A stretch of DNA of 64,000 bases from Moorena producens (GTDB lineage: Bacteria > Cyanobacteriota > Cyanobacteriia > Cyanobacteriales > Coleofasciculaceae). How positions within the stretch are numbered: position 1 is the first letter of the stretch; every line of letters starts with the position of its first letter. Below are positions 18,282 to 27,768 of this stretch, piece after piece. The position numbers and the translations under genes were made by a program. Where the stretch lies: assembly GCF_965240435.1 (NCBI RefSeq), contig NZ_CBDEKO010000003.1; one strand, given 5' to 3'. The notes below the pieces were generated by a model that did not search any database, was not told where the DNA came from, and worked only from the letters and a program-made list of their open reading frames with translations.

Positions 18282-19472
18282 TTGATAATTATAATGACAT
18301 TTTTATTAAGCTCTCAAAACGTTTTCGAATATCTAGTTGAACAGGGTATTTGTAAGCCAACAGACCAAGATAAAATCCAGATTAAACCAATATCCTGTAA
18401 AAACTTTAATTTGCTAGTCAGTTTTTCCAATGGTCGCAATCTTTTGGTTAAGCAAGAGCCTCATAATGGAGAAGGAAACACCTTAGGTGAGTTGCATAAC
18501 GAATGGCGAATTCAGGAGTTTTTACAAAACTTTCCTGAACTGATCGCAATTCGTCCCCTAATATCGGAGCCAATTCATTTTGATCACAGTTGCTCTATTA
18601 TTGTTTTTAACTATCTCAATGACTATTGCGACTTAACAGATTTTTATGATCAAAAGGAGGTTTTTCCCACTGGGATCGCAGCCCAGCTCGGAGCTAGTAT
18701 TGCTACAATCCATCGCAGCACTCTAGACCGTCAGGAATATAAAGACTTCTTTGCTTCCAATGGAAAAGAGTTCCTTGAGCAAACCCCTAACTTGCTTTAT
18801 GGGCTAGAAGGAATTGGACCGGAAATTTTTGCAATCTTTTGTGCAGATGGGATTGAATTTTTTAAACTTTATCAGCGCCATGAGAGCATAGGGCAAGCGA
18901 TCGCAGAACTTAACAGAGCTTGGCAGCCTTGCTGTTTGACCCACAATGACCTAAAGCTGAGCAACGTTTTAGTCCACCTTGAGTGGGAGCAAACCCTCTC
19001 AAACCCGGAGTCTGAAGCTACGAATATTCTGCGACTGATTGATTGGGAGAGGTTCACTTGGTCAGATCCAGCATTTGATTTAGCTACGATTATTGCTAAC
19101 TACCTAACCATTTGGCTAAGTAGCTTAACGGTTAACAGAAGTATTGATGTTCAAACTGCTTTACGCTTAGCTAAAATTCCCCTTGAGGTAATTCAACCAA
19201 GCCTTGTTGCTCTCACTAACGCTTATTTTGATTACTTTCCAGAAATACTTCAGCGTAGTCCTGATTTTTTGAAACGAGTTATACAATTTACTGGTTTTAT
19301 CTTGATTGAAAAAATTCAGACAAGGATCGAGTACCGGAAAATTTTTGGTAACACAGGAGTCTGTATGGTTCAGGTGGCTAAACGTTTGTTATGCAATCCG
19401 GACGATTCAATCCCCATTGTTTTTGGGACAACAGCCTCTGAATTAACTGATCTTAGCGCGATTCCCGCCTAA
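18282..19472 (+). CDS. aminoglycoside-phosphotransferase-like (protein-kinase-fold) kinase
   Basis: Catalytic-loop HNDLKLSNVLV (HxDxxxxN) and metal-binding IDWE, as in APH/CotS/LanK-type kinases. N-lobe beta strands NLLVSFSNGRNLLVKQE contain the conserved Lys. Confidence 0.6.
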   Translation: MIIIMTFLLSSQNVFEYLVEQGICKPTDQDKIQIKPISCKNFNLLVSFSNGRNLLVKQEPHNGEGNTLGELHNEWRIQEFLQNFPELIAIRPLISEPIHFDHSCSIIVFNYLNDYCDLTDFYDQKEVFPTGIAAQLGASIATIHRSTLDRQEYKDFFASNGKEFLEQTPNLLYGLEGIGPEIFAIFCADGIEFFKLYQRHESIGQAIAELNRAWQPCCLTHNDLKLSNVLVHLEWEQTLSNPESEATNILRLIDWERFTWSDPAFDLATIIANYLTIWLSSLTVNRSIDVQTALRLAKIPLEVIQPSLVALTNAYFDYFPEILQRSPDFLKRVIQFTGFILIEKIQTRIEYRKIFGNTGVCMVQVAKRLLCNPDDSIPIVFGTTASELTDLSAIPA

Positions 19473-19642
19473 TCCCTTTTCTGTAATTGGATGCAACATC
19501 TTATTTTCGGATCATTAGTAAAAAGAACAATTTGTTGCAGACCGACAGGACAATTGGTCTGAATCAGGACTTACGCGGTTAAGTGGATTGCGCCCCCCTG
19601 CCCCCCAAAATTGGGGGGTAATGATGTCAAAGTCCCCCAGAA

Positions 19643-20848
19643 TTGGGGGATTTAGGGGGCAGTTGCGTAAGTCCTGTGAGTATTTTGAGTGCCAACTGTT
19701 TGATCATGCCATTACTAAATTCTTTGCGAAATCAACTACCTGATTCTTCTCCTGATTCTGCTGTTGCGCGAGAGCTAGATATTCTAGAAGATATCGTTAG
19801 CAACCTTCAGATTCAACCTAACTTCTGTATTAGTCATCCAGATTACAAACCCCTGGAACTTTCTGCTGAGATGCTAGACCGGGTTCAGCAACTACCTGTG
19901 GAGATCCAGAATAAGTATCTGAGCCTGCAACTGCTCAGTTTTCTGTACGACATCTATGACAACGGTTTCGATAAAAGCACAGAATCAGCTCAAGCCAATT
20001 CAACTGATTTACCGCTTCACCCAAATGTAGAAAACAATACTGTGATGGGGCTGAACTTGGAGTTTTACCAGCAGCTGTACGAAAGTAATACTGGGACTGG
20101 TTACTTTGAAGCAAGTTGGTTGGTAATCAGGGAGGAGAGTGATGGCAAGTTGGCTGTACACAAGAATGGTCTGACCTTACACATCAGACCTGAGTATTAC
20201 TTACCACCAGGAGCTCAATCTGCTACTGTCGGTACCTTAGTCGCTATCCGAATGCCTCCTAATCTAGTTGAACACGGATTCTATGTCGCGGTTGGGAATG
20301 CTGGTCCAGTCAATGGTGGTCCAGTCAATCAGAACATTCGAGATCGTGACTACCAGATAGTGAACATCTATTTTAATCTCAGTCCCGAAGGTGCAGTTGC
20401 TCTCATCAGAGCGATCACCGAGCAACTCAATGAAATTACCATTCCCTTTACCTTTAAGGTGGTAGATGACCCCGCTAACTACGACCGCTACGATTCAGGG
20501 GTTCTCTGCTTTGAAAAGAGCAATTATGAGACAGTCCATCCCATCCTTGAGAGTGTTTATGCTCAACACCAATCCCATTTTGAGATGGAAGTACCTCTAT
20601 TTACCAAGCAGCTAGCACCAGGACTGGCTCTATCAGAGGAACCAGTCCATAAATTTACGGCTGAAGAAAGTTTCCGGATGAACCGTTGGCAAATGGTTGC
20701 TAATGGCTTACTAGAAGTTTGGCAAAACGGTAACGATTCTCCAGAAGGTCGGATGAACTCTATACAACAACAGTTCTCCCAGTTTGGGATTGAATTGTGG
20801 CGTCCCTACTTGAATGCTGACTCAGAAGACATTTATCGAAAAATTTGA
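19643..20848 (+). CDS. hypothetical 380-400-aa protein encoded next to the APH-like kinase (possible HopA1-like partner; unverified)
   Basis: ORF with no motif I can assign. The true start is probably the internal ATG near 19706 (MPLLNSLRNQ), because the first ~60 nt overlap a palindromic cccccaaaattgggggg repeat element. Confidence 0.4.
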   Translation: MGDLGGSCVSPVSILSANCLIMPLLNSLRNQLPDSSPDSAVARELDILEDIVSNLQIQPNFCISHPDYKPLELSAEMLDRVQQLPVEIQNKYLSLQLLSFLYDIYDNGFDKSTESAQANSTDLPLHPNVENNTVMGLNLEFYQQLYESNTGTGYFEASWLVIREESDGKLAVHKNGLTLHIRPEYYLPPGAQSATVGTLVAIRMPPNLVEHGFYVAVGNAGPVNGGPVNQNIRDRDYQIVNIYFNLSPEGAVALIRAITEQLNEITIPFTFKVVDDPANYDRYDSGVLCFEKSNYETVHPILESVYAQHQSHFEMEVPLFTKQLAPGLALSEEPVHKFTAEESFRMNRWQMVANGLLEVWQNGNDSPEGRMNSIQQQFSQFGIELWRPYLNADSEDIYRKI

Positions 20849-20911
20849 CACTCCCCGGTCGCCCAACGGTAGTGGGTTAGCAGTCAGTGTCTGCATCAGT
20901 TTGTGCAGAAG

Positions 20912-21469
20912 TCAGACAAAGTGTCGTTCGATCAGGGTGGGAATTTGCTGGGGAGCCACTTCGCTGTAGCGAGCTTTGTCTGGCATCATCACTAGGTTGG
21001 GGCCATGTTTGCACTGTTTGAGGCAGCCAGTTTCTTTAATCTTGACTTGGTCTTCTAAACCATGGTCCTTTAAACTCGATGCGATCGCATTACACACCGC
21101 TTTACCCCCCCGTTTCCGGCAACTGGATTTCTGACAAACTAAAATACTCGCTTTCCGGCTGGGAGTTTTGGGAACCAAAACAGTTGTTGGCTGCTGGTGG
21201 GGGGGAGCAGCAAGGCTCACCTCATAGGCTTTAAGTATAAGTTTTCGAGTTTTGCGCTTTAGTTTGCTGGTGCCACTCACCTCAATCCACGCCCCAGGGA
21301 TAATCGCTGGATCCAAGCTCTTTCTGAGAGGTTTAGATAACTTAATCCAATATTCGATATTTGAAACAGTAATTCTTAAATACTTGATTTTATAGCCATC
21401 CTTAATGACAAAGTCTAATAACTGTCCTACTACACTGAACTCTGAGACTGGCTCTTTCAACTTAGACAT
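20912..21469 (-). CDS. protein with C-terminal thioredoxin-like [2Fe-2S] ferredoxin domain
   Basis: C-terminal Cys pattern VCQKSSCRKRGG...CNAI...GCLKQCKHGPNLVMMPD matches NuoE-like 2Fe-2S ferredoxins. N-terminal domain unassigned. Confidence 0.45.
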   Translation of the reverse strand: MSKLKEPVSEFSVVGQLLDFVIKDGYKIKYLRITVSNIEYWIKLSKPLRKSLDPAIIPGAWIEVSGTSKLKRKTRKLILKAYEVSLAAPPHQQPTTVLVPKTPSRKASILVCQKSSCRKRGGKAVCNAIASSLKDHGLEDQVKIKETGCLKQCKHGPNLVMMPDKARYSEVAPQQIPTLIERHFV

Positions 21470-21771
21470 AGTTATTTACCTCTAGGAAAATTATTTTTCT
21501 TTAATCAACCTTAAAAATTGCCATCCTTATGCACTGAATATTTATAATGTGCTGGATTTAAGCAGATTTTACCAAGACAAATCCCGTTCACGGATTCGTG
21601 ACTAATCAACAATCTCTCTCAACTAATCTATCACAAATAATCGTCAATAGAGCTTCTGAAAAAGTTAAAAATTGTGTTATTAGCGACATTTGGGAGTCTA
21701 GGTTAAATAAGATTAGATGTGTTAGCCTACTTAATAGCTTGGCAATAAGGCACACTTAATGAAAACAAGAG

Positions 21772-22338
21772 GTGAACACTATTATGTCTACAACTCAGGG
21801 TCTACTACGCTCCTTTGGTGAAATTGCTGACAATCCGATTTTGCTGGAAAAAAACGTTACCACCCCAGTTTGTGAAGGATTAAACATAGCTTTAGCCAGC
21901 TTCCAAGGGTTGTACCTGCAATATCAAAAGCACCACTTTGTTGTGGAAGGAGCAGAGTTTTACTCCTTGCATAAATTCTTTGAAGAAAGCTACGACGATG
22001 CTCAAGAGCATGTCCATGACTTAGGAGAGCGTTTGAATGGACTAGGAGGAATTCCAGCTACTAGTTTTGCCAAATTAGCTGAATTGTGCTGCTTCACTCC
22101 TGAATCTGATGGAGTTTACAACTCTCGCCAGATGGTAGAACATGACTTAGCAGCTGAGCAGTCAATCATTCAGTTAGTACGCAGTCAAGCTGCTCAAACA
22201 GAAAGCCTGGGCGATCGCGCCACCCGCTATCTCTATGAGAAAATCTTGCTCAAGACTGAAGAACGGGCTTATCATTTGAGTCATTTCCTGGCTCCAGACA
22301 GCCTAGTAATGGGATTTATCGGCAATGCAGCCAACTAA
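21772..22338 (+). CDS. dps: Dps-family DNA-protection/ferritin-like protein
   Basis: [49 protein letters not shown] matches the Dps ferroxidase-centre region (HW.V.G..F..LH..FEE.Y; GG.P). The real start is probably at 21784. Confidence 0.8.
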   Translation: MNTIMSTTQGLLRSFGEIADNPILLEKNVTTPVCEGLNIALASFQGLYLQYQKHHFVVEGAEFYSLHKFFEESYDDAQEHVHDLGERLNGLGGIPATSFAKLAELCCFTPESDGVYNSRQMVEHDLAAEQSIIQLVRSQAAQTESLGDRATRYLYEKILLKTEERAYHLSHFLAPDSLVMGFIGNAAN

Positions 22339-22348
22339 ACCTACATAA

Positions 22349-22445
22349 ACTGAGATCTTGCACCATTGTCATGAATCGTAGGGTGGGCAGTGCCTACCAA
22401 CTGAACCTACTTAAACCTACCTTCCCTACTCGGGCTTTGCATCAA
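22349..22445. repeat. dispersed ~100-bp element, copy 2 (see 16985-17110)
   Basis: aactgagatcttgcaccattgtcatgaatcgtagggtgggcagtgcctaccaactgaacc...ctactcgggctttgcatcaacgg. Confidence 0.7.
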
Positions 22446-22448
22446 CGG

Positions 22449-22488
22449 AAAAAAGTTGAGGGTTGACGGTCAACCCTCAACTTTTTTC
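22449..22488. terminator. bidirectional rho-independent terminator (perfect 14-bp stem flanked by A6 and T6)
   Basis: aaaaaagttgagggttgacggtcaaccctcaacttttttc, placed between the convergent dps gene and tRNA-Ser. Confidence 0.8.
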
Positions 22489-22505
22489 TGTAAACAAATT
22501 CAAAA

Positions 22506-22590
22506 CGGAGAGGGGGAGATTCGAACTCCCGGAGCCTTTCGGCTCGCTCGATTTCAAGTCGAGTGCAATCGACCACTCTGCCACCTCTCC
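22506..22590 (-). tRNA. tRNA-Ser (anticodon UGA), class II with long variable arm
   Basis: Reverse complement GGAGAGGTGGCAGAGTGGTCGATTGCACTCGACTTGAAATCGAGCGAGCCGAAAGGCTCCGGGAGTTCGAATCTCCCCCTCTCCG. It has a 7-bp acceptor stem GGAGAGG/CCTCTCC, anticodon loop CTTGAAA (TGA), a long variable arm and T-loop GGGAGTTCGAATCTCCC. CCA is not encoded. Confidence 0.85.
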
Positions 22591-22671
22591 AGGCAAATCT
22601 ATATTAACAATCCTTGGCCAGGATGGCGACCATCTATACAAAGTTATAAAACAAAGTTATAAAACTTTGTT

Positions 22672-23643
22672 TTATACCAGTAAAGCCTCAGAAGCCTGGT
22701 ACAGTAATTCTTCAGATACCACCGAGTAATCCTTACCCACCCAGACCAGGGAGACTTGATCCACTATACCGCTTTTGAGAGACACTATCGAAAAATTCCG
22801 CAATCGGTCTGTATCGGTTTCGATAATTCGAGGCACACTGGCTGCATTTAAGTATACAGTCCCTTCCGGACTAGTAACAATCCTGGTTCGTAGTCGGTCT
22901 TTGGTGTGCTTGAGGATGTGGTGCATATGACCAAAGGTGACTAAGGGAATGTTTTTACCCAAGGAATAGGTTTTTGCGATCGCATCTTCCAAATCCGGGT
23001 CCCCATGATCACCACCAGCAGGATACCAGTCTTTACCACAGGGAGCTTCTGCTTGCTCACCTAGTCCCGTCGGACCATTATGACCGATCAAGATTACCGT
23101 TTCGTAAGCCGCACTACGCACTGCTGCTAAAATGCGTTCAACGGATTCAGAAAAGCTATTAATGCCATACTGTTCCCTGTAAAACTTCTTATTGCGCCAA
23201 CTCTGCCCGCCCCAACTGTAAGGGCGAGCGCCAACTACAGAGAGATTTAAATCTGGGAAGTCAAGGTAACCATAACCCACATGGGTTGACCCCAATAGAT
23301 CCAACTGTTGCTGTACCCTATCTTCTACTTCATGGTCATAAGGACACTTTTTCCTTCCCCATTCCGAGGCAGTATACCAAGCATCATGGTTTCCCATAAT
23401 CACTGCCTTGGGTAGGTCAATAGCAGCAATCATCTGGACTATATCCACCGCCTCATTGCCGAAATCCCCGACAAATAAGACCAGATCCACACCCAACTGC
23501 TCAAGAGCTATAGCATCTTCCGCTTCCCACAGTTGATGAATGTCTCCAACAACAGCAATTTGGATTGATTGTTTTTGATGAATGGTCATGCTTATGTTAC
23601 TATCGCCCCTTCTCCAGCATAAAGGCAAAAGGGCAAACAGCAA
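22672..23643 (-). CDS. metallophosphoesterase (calcineurin-like phosphoesterase)
   Basis: IAVVGDIHQLW, LVLFVGDFGNE and GNHDAW motifs correspond to the D-x-H...GD...GNH(D/E) metallophosphatase signature. HMHH is further downstream. Confidence 0.8.
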   Translation of the reverse strand: MLFALLPLCWRRGDSNISMTIHQKQSIQIAVVGDIHQLWEAEDAIALEQLGVDLVLFVGDFGNEAVDIVQMIAAIDLPKAVIMGNHDAWYTASEWGRKKCPYDHEVEDRVQQQLDLLGSTHVGYGYLDFPDLNLSVVGARPYSWGGQSWRNKKFYREQYGINSFSESVERILAAVRSAAYETVILIGHNGPTGLGEQAEAPCGKDWYPAGGDHGDPDLEDAIAKTYSLGKNIPLVTFGHMHHILKHTKDRLRTRIVTSPEGTVYLNAASVPRIIETDTDRLRNFSIVSLKSGIVDQVSLVWVGKDYSVVSEELLYQASEALLV

Positions 23644-24070
23644 TATAACATCGAAAAAAGAATACTACATATCACCCCATTATCCCATTAATCCATTATC
23701 CCATCAGCCCTTTGCACAGAGGTTGTTTCTGAGCATCCGGATCGAGCAGCTGATAGCTGAAGAATACATTAAGTGTGACTTTTCTTGAGGAGTCTCTAAC
23801 GGATCTGAGGCATTCGTGATGGCTGATCTGAAACTCTTGGCAAATTCTACCGTCTCTACTCTGTGTCCCCCCCTAGGGCTGTTTAATCTGCTCAATAGTA
23901 TCTAGTCTGACGGGCAGATACGGGAGATAGCTCAGATCACGGAGATCAGAAATACTTTATTCTTCCATTCTTCCATTCTTCGGCACCTTCGGCCTATTGC
24001 TCTCCTTGCGATGGAAGCAGCATCAACACTTTCACAGGAAACATCAACGTAAGCGGTTAGTAAGAAGCGT

Positions 24071-25972
24071 ATGTCTAGATTAGCGTTTAGCCCAGGAGCA
24101 GGACCAGAACAGTTAATCAATGGACGTTATCAAGTTATTGACATCCTTAACCGTGTGAGCTGGGGTCAAACTTGTATTGCGTTAGACACTTACCGACCCG
24201 GAAATCCCGAATGTATTGTTAGACAATTCCGTCCGGTTACTGATGACCCTGACTCCTGGCAAGCTGCAAAAGATATATTTCATCGTGAAACTAAAATTTT
24301 GGAGATTATCTGTCAGCATGACCAAGTTGCCAAAATTTTAGATTGCCTAGAAATTGACCATAGCTTCTACATAGTTCAAGATTTCATCCCTGGACGACCC
24401 CTGAGTGAGGAACTCAATCAACCCTGGAGTGAAAGCAGAGTAATCAATCTGCTACAAGAGGTTTTAGAGATTTTGGCATTTGTGCATCGCCAAGGGGTGA
24501 TTCATGGTGATATCAAGCCAGACAATCTGATCAGACGATCAGACGATAGCAAATTAGTTTTAACTGACTTTAGCGGTATTAAGCAGGTACGGACACCATT
24601 AGTTGGTGTTCAATTTAGTGCCATAGCGGCTTTGGGCGCATTCGGGTATATACCAACAGAGCAAATTCTCGGTAAACCTCGTCCCTGTAGTGACCTATAT
24701 GCTGTAGGGATGATTGCCATTGAGGCACTCACAGGACTCAAACCCTTACACCTAGAAGAAGACCCATTAACCGGAGAAGCCCTTTGGCAGGACTACGCCA
24801 CAGTCACTAAAGATTTCGCTGGCATTATTCAGCAGATGGTGCGCTATTACTTCAAAGACCGTTACCAGTCTGCTGATCAGGTTTTGGAGGCACTCCATTC
24901 CTTAACTAGTTCTAAACCATCTATAAACTTACCAATGTCTTCAGCACCACCAACATCCCCAAACCCCTACAAACAAAAAACTGACGATAATCTGGGTGAG
25001 CCAATTGAACCAGAGACTCTTGAAACAGAGGAAACAGAGGAAACAGAGGAAACAGAGGAAACAGAGGAAACAGAGGAAACAGAAGACATTTATTATCCCT
25101 CTGTGCCTACTATTCCTACCAGAAGGTCTAGTGGACTTAATCTCACCGCCATGGGAGTTTCCGCATCTGTAGCCTTGTTAGTAGTAGCTGGAGGCTTCTT
25201 GTTCTCATCGGGTGGCAACCAGGCAGAAACTAAGCTAGCACAGGCTGAGGAAAAGTACCAGCAAGGGGATTTAGACGCAGCGCTGAAGCTGGTAAAATCG
25301 ATACCGGAAGATAGTGAAAACTATCAAGATGCTCAAAATGCGATCGCTCAGTGGAAAAGAGATTGGCAAGATGCCAAAGCCCTATTCCCCCAGATCAAAA
25401 CCGCCTTTGAGCAACAGAAATGGGTAGAGGTAGTTGAGCAGGCTAGTCAGATTCCTAATATTGTCTTCTGGCAACGGCAAATACAACCTATGGTCAGCCA
25501 AGCTCAAGCCAGTCTTGAGAAGGAAGCTTACCAGTTACTAGAGCAGGCTTACAAGCAGGCTATCGAGAAAGACTTTACTGGTGCACTCAACACATTTAAA
25601 CAAATCCCAAAGGGAACAAAAGCCTACGCTACAATTCAACAAAAAATTCCGGAGTACACTCAAAAGCGAAACATAAAAGCAAACTTCCTTCTTCAGCAGG
25701 CTTACAATCGAGCTGCTCAGAAAGACTTTACCAGTGCATTGGTATATTTGAAAAAAATTCCTAAAGATACCGATGCCTATCCTAAGGCTCAGTCAAAAAT
25801 TGTTGACTATACCGCTAAGCAAGAAATTCGGGCTAAGTATCTCTCAAAGATGGCTTATAACCAAGCTGTTTTAAAGAACTACACTAAGGCTTTGGATTAT
25901 TTGAAACAAATTCCTAAAGGTACCTCCGTCTATGCCAGTGCTCAAGCCACAATTCAGCAGTATGCTCGATAA
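24071..25972 (+). CDS. Ser/Thr protein kinase with an ETE-repeat linker, one TM helix and C-terminal ~45-aa repeats
   Basis: Kinase subdomains VIHGDIKPDNLI (catalytic loop) and LTDFSGIK (DFG-like). (ETE)x7 is encoded by a 9-bp repeat at 25021-25083. TM segment AMGVSASVALLVVAGGFLF. The C-terminus has three repeats of ...FT.AL..LK.IPK.T.AY...Q.KI..YT.K... Confidence 0.85.
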   Translation: MSRLAFSPGAGPEQLINGRYQVIDILNRVSWGQTCIALDTYRPGNPECIVRQFRPVTDDPDSWQAAKDIFHRETKILEIICQHDQVAKILDCLEIDHSFYIVQDFIPGRPLSEELNQPWSESRVINLLQEVLEILAFVHRQGVIHGDIKPDNLIRRSDDSKLVLTDFSGIKQVRTPLVGVQFSAIAALGAFGYIPTEQILGKPRPCSDLYAVGMIAIEALTGLKPLHLEEDPLTGEALWQDYATVTKDFAGIIQQMVRYYFKDRYQSADQVLEALHSLTSSKPSINLPMSSAPPTSPNPYKQKTDDNLGEPIEPETLETEETEETEETEETEETEETEDIYYPSVPTIPTRRSSGLNLTAMGVSASVALLVVAGGFLFSSGGNQAETKLAQAEEKYQQGDLDAALKLVKSIPEDSENYQDAQNAIAQWKRDWQDAKALFPQIKTAFEQQKWVEVVEQASQIPNIVFWQRQIQPMVSQAQASLEKEAYQLLEQAYKQAIEKDFTGALNTFKQIPKGTKAYATIQQKIPEYTQKRNIKANFLLQQAYNRAAQKDFTSALVYLKKIPKDTDAYPKAQSKIVDYTAKQEIRAKYLSKMAYNQAVLKNYTKALDYLKQIPKGTSVYASAQATIQQYAR

Positions 25973-26077
25973 GCTATTGTGCCGTTAAACTGTCTATTGT
26001 TGAAATCAAATAAAAAAGATATATCCCAGTGCCCTTTTGCCGTAAGCTATCAGCTATTAGCTGATAGCTTACTTGTT

Positions 26078-26404
26078 TTACCCTACAGTAGTTAATTGAT
26101 ATTTACTACTAGCCACTAACCTGGGATTGCGATTCATTGCTACTTCTATAAAAGCAGGACTTTCTTTGTGAACTAATTCGGTAAATTTGCCCGAATTAGC
26201 CATAACTTGTCTACCTGGTGCGTAAGCTTCGATCACATTACCGCTCACAGAACACATTACCATTAAATAGTCACAAACTGGGCATTCAGTTTTGGTGACC
26301 TGATCTCCAGCACAAGCATAATGTGATGCTTGAGAACCGATTAAGTAGTGACGTTGAGCCATATTCCCACAGTTGGGACATCGGACTGATTGAGTTGTCT
26401 CCAT
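26078..26404 (-). CDS. hypothetical zinc-ribbon-like protein
   Basis: CPNCG...CPVC Cys pairs. 108 aa. No family assigned. Confidence 0.3.
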   Translation of the reverse strand: METTQSVRCPNCGNMAQRHYLIGSQASHYACAGDQVTKTECPVCDYLMVMCSVSGNVIEAYAPGRQVMANSGKFTELVHKESPAFIEVAMNRNPRLVASSKYQLTTVG

Positions 26405-26505
26405 TGCCGATTCTCCTCATTTACATGTCATGGCTTGAAGGAAATAAGTCAGACTTAAACTCAGAATTCAGAAAGTTTTTTAAATTTTTATGTTTTTAAT
26501 TAAAC

Positions 26506-26826
26506 CTAAAGTTGCTGTTCAAGTGCGGCAGTAAATTTTTCATAGTCAGCAATTCCTACAATAGTTTCTACCACTTCACCGCCCTTAAAAATCAGCACCG
26601 CAGGAATACTGCGGATACTGTATTTTTTTGCAGTAGCTTTGTCGGCGTCGATATCGATCTTTACTACCTGAGCGCGATCTTTGTACTCTTCAGAAAGTTT
26701 ATCCATTAAAGGACCAATTTTACGACATGGACCACACCAAGGGGCTGTAAAATCAACGACAACTGGAACTTCAGAGTTTAAAAGTGCCTCAAATTCATCG
26801 TCTTTGATGTAAGCAACTGTACTCAT
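26506..26826 (-). CDS. trxA: thioredoxin
   Basis: Active site WCGPC in FTAPWCGPCRKIGP, ~106 aa, classic Trx fold order. Confidence 0.9.
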   Translation of the reverse strand: MSTVAYIKDDEFEALLNSEVPVVVDFTAPWCGPCRKIGPLMDKLSEEYKDRAQVVKIDIDADKATAKKYSIRSIPAVLIFKGGEVVETIVGIADYEKFTAALEQQL

Positions 26827-27035
26827 GATATATTCTTGAAATTTTTTAAAACTACCACAAATTTATAGTCAACGGTAAAGGGTAAAAAGTCAATAACAGT
26901 CAAGATGGTTACCCCTTTTATCTTCCTTTAATAAAGAAGGGCGGTTAATCGGTTTGAATAGCTGTAATAACCAGGATGGCTAAGGCTATAGTTTGGTTTA
27001 CCATAGTTGTATGAAGTTGCTTGATGCATTAAGTT

Positions 27036-27401
27036 ATGGCTGCTGAGGAATTAGAAAGGGATAGCCTGATCGAAAGGCTAAACCAAGGTAGACAAGCGAA
27101 GGCAACTATGGGTGGCTATGCAGGTTATGGTTCACCGGCCTTCGGTCAACGCGCCCTAAATGGTGAGTTGGTGGATGATCCCCAAGAACAGCATGTAATT
27201 GAGTTAATTCGCCGTCACCATAAATCGGGCAAGTCATTACAACAAATCGCTAACTGGCTCAATCAGCATGGCTATACAACCAAGCGTGGTCAGCAGTGGA
27301 AACGAATCTCGGTTAAGCGGGTTTTAGACCGGCTATACGGTAGAACCCCTAGGGTGTCTAGTTTGCCTCAAAACCCCAGTCAAGGGAACTTAAATCAGTA
27401 A
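27036..27401 (+). pseudogene. remnant of a large serine recombinase (recombinase domain only)
   Basis: LIERLNQGRQAKATMGGYAGYGSPAFG...LVDDPQEQHVIELI...KSLQQIANWLNQHGYTTKRGQQW...VKRVLDRLYG matches the PF07508 recombinase domain. No upstream resolvase catalytic domain and no downstream zinc-ribbon. Confidence 0.55.
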
Positions 27402-27419
27402 GTAAATCAGTAAGCTCCA

Positions 27420-27520
27420 AGCTGGTAAAGTAGTTAGAACACCTGAAACAGAACGTTAGATAAGCCAGGGTACCTGATCGGACAATCCCATCGGACAATC
27501 CCATCGGACAATTGCCAAGC
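27420..27520. repeat. 14-bp tandem repeat (atcggacaatccc x3)
   Basis: gatcggacaatcccatcggacaatcccatcggacaattgcc. Confidence 0.85.
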
Positions 27521-27768
27521 TAGGTCAGCAATGCCTAATTATTTGCCCCTAAGCCCAAATGGTGAAAGTCCCAGTATCCCTGGCAACCTATAAAAGCCAA
27601 AAGCTATGTCATATAAGGGTTAAAGATGATTTTGCTGTAACATCTATTTATTATATACCTTTATACAAGTTATGTGCATATTATTTCTGGATTTGCGAGA
27701 TTTGTCCGTAACATCCCTCTAAAAAAACCCAGGCTCAGTAAATACACCAGCGCCATAGTGTGTAGCGG

